From contig NC_058373.1 in the NCBI RefSeq assembly GCF_018350175.1, positions 100,070,001 through 100,134,000 on the forward strand: DNA of 64,000 nt, given 5' to 3'. Of this stretch, positions 63,656 to 64,000 are shown piece after piece; position 1 is the first letter of the stretch, and the number at the start of each line of letters is the position of its first letter. The position numbers and the translations under genes were made by a program. The DNA comes from Felis catus. Lineage: Eukaryota. Under the pieces are notes generated by a model. That model was not told the DNA's origin. It ran no database searches and was given only the letters and a program-made list of their open reading frames with translations.

Positions 63656-64000
63656 AATTGATGGGATATTGGTTTCTCGTATGTTCTCATATAAATTTGT
63701 ATAATGTATTATAACTTTGAAAGCAAAAAATGGCCCTGGTTCTCCAGGGGCTTTGAGAAATTATTTAATATACATCAACACCTTATCCATTTATATTGTT
63801 TTATTTTTTTTGAGAGAGAGAGAGCAAGCGGTACAGGCAGAGAGAATCCTAAGCAGGCTGAGCCACCCAGGCATCCCCCCTTATTCATTTATAAAGCGTA
63901 ACAATGTGAACGAATAATGAAGAAGTGGGCAAAAATGCCTCAAAGCAGCCAAAGTAGATGACAAAATCGGAGCACACAGGCGTATGTATGAAAGTTCATC

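Noticed and set aside
1..64000. tRNA, rRNA or CRISPR features, or a novel multi-gene system
   Set aside because: tRNA-like A/B boxes occur only in SINE heads; no arrays, prokaryotic-style operons or unexplained long ORFs were seen.

Overview
Mammalian genomic DNA, almost certainly a felid, judged from abundant Can-SINEs including near-identical young SINEC_Fc-type copies and L1_Fc-type 3' ends. The window holds the 3' parts of two convergent spliced genes. GPR137C lies on + (six coding exons, 14792-39192; first exon upstream of the window). ERO1A lies on - (ten coding exons, 62587 down to the stop at 45674, including 12-nt and 27-nt microexons and the CxxCxxC active-site exon). All 16 exons were read by hand, have GT-AG borders and join in phase. 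The rest is intron or UTR packed with L1, L2, MIR, Can-SINE, LTR and hAT/Tc1-mariner remnants; nearly all ORFs in the supplied track are repeat-derived noise. I see no evidence of a new multi-gene system. The best leads are small: an apparent retrocopy or orphan transduction with poly(A) and TSD in an ERO1A intron, a templated-insertion repair scar inside an L1, an L1 with a micro-inversion and a short 3' transduction, the ERO1A microexon and nearby cryptic splice signals, and a palindromic MER53 MITE in the ERO1A 3' region. Gene, exon-number and repeat-family names come from recall, not database searches; borders of old repeats are approximate.
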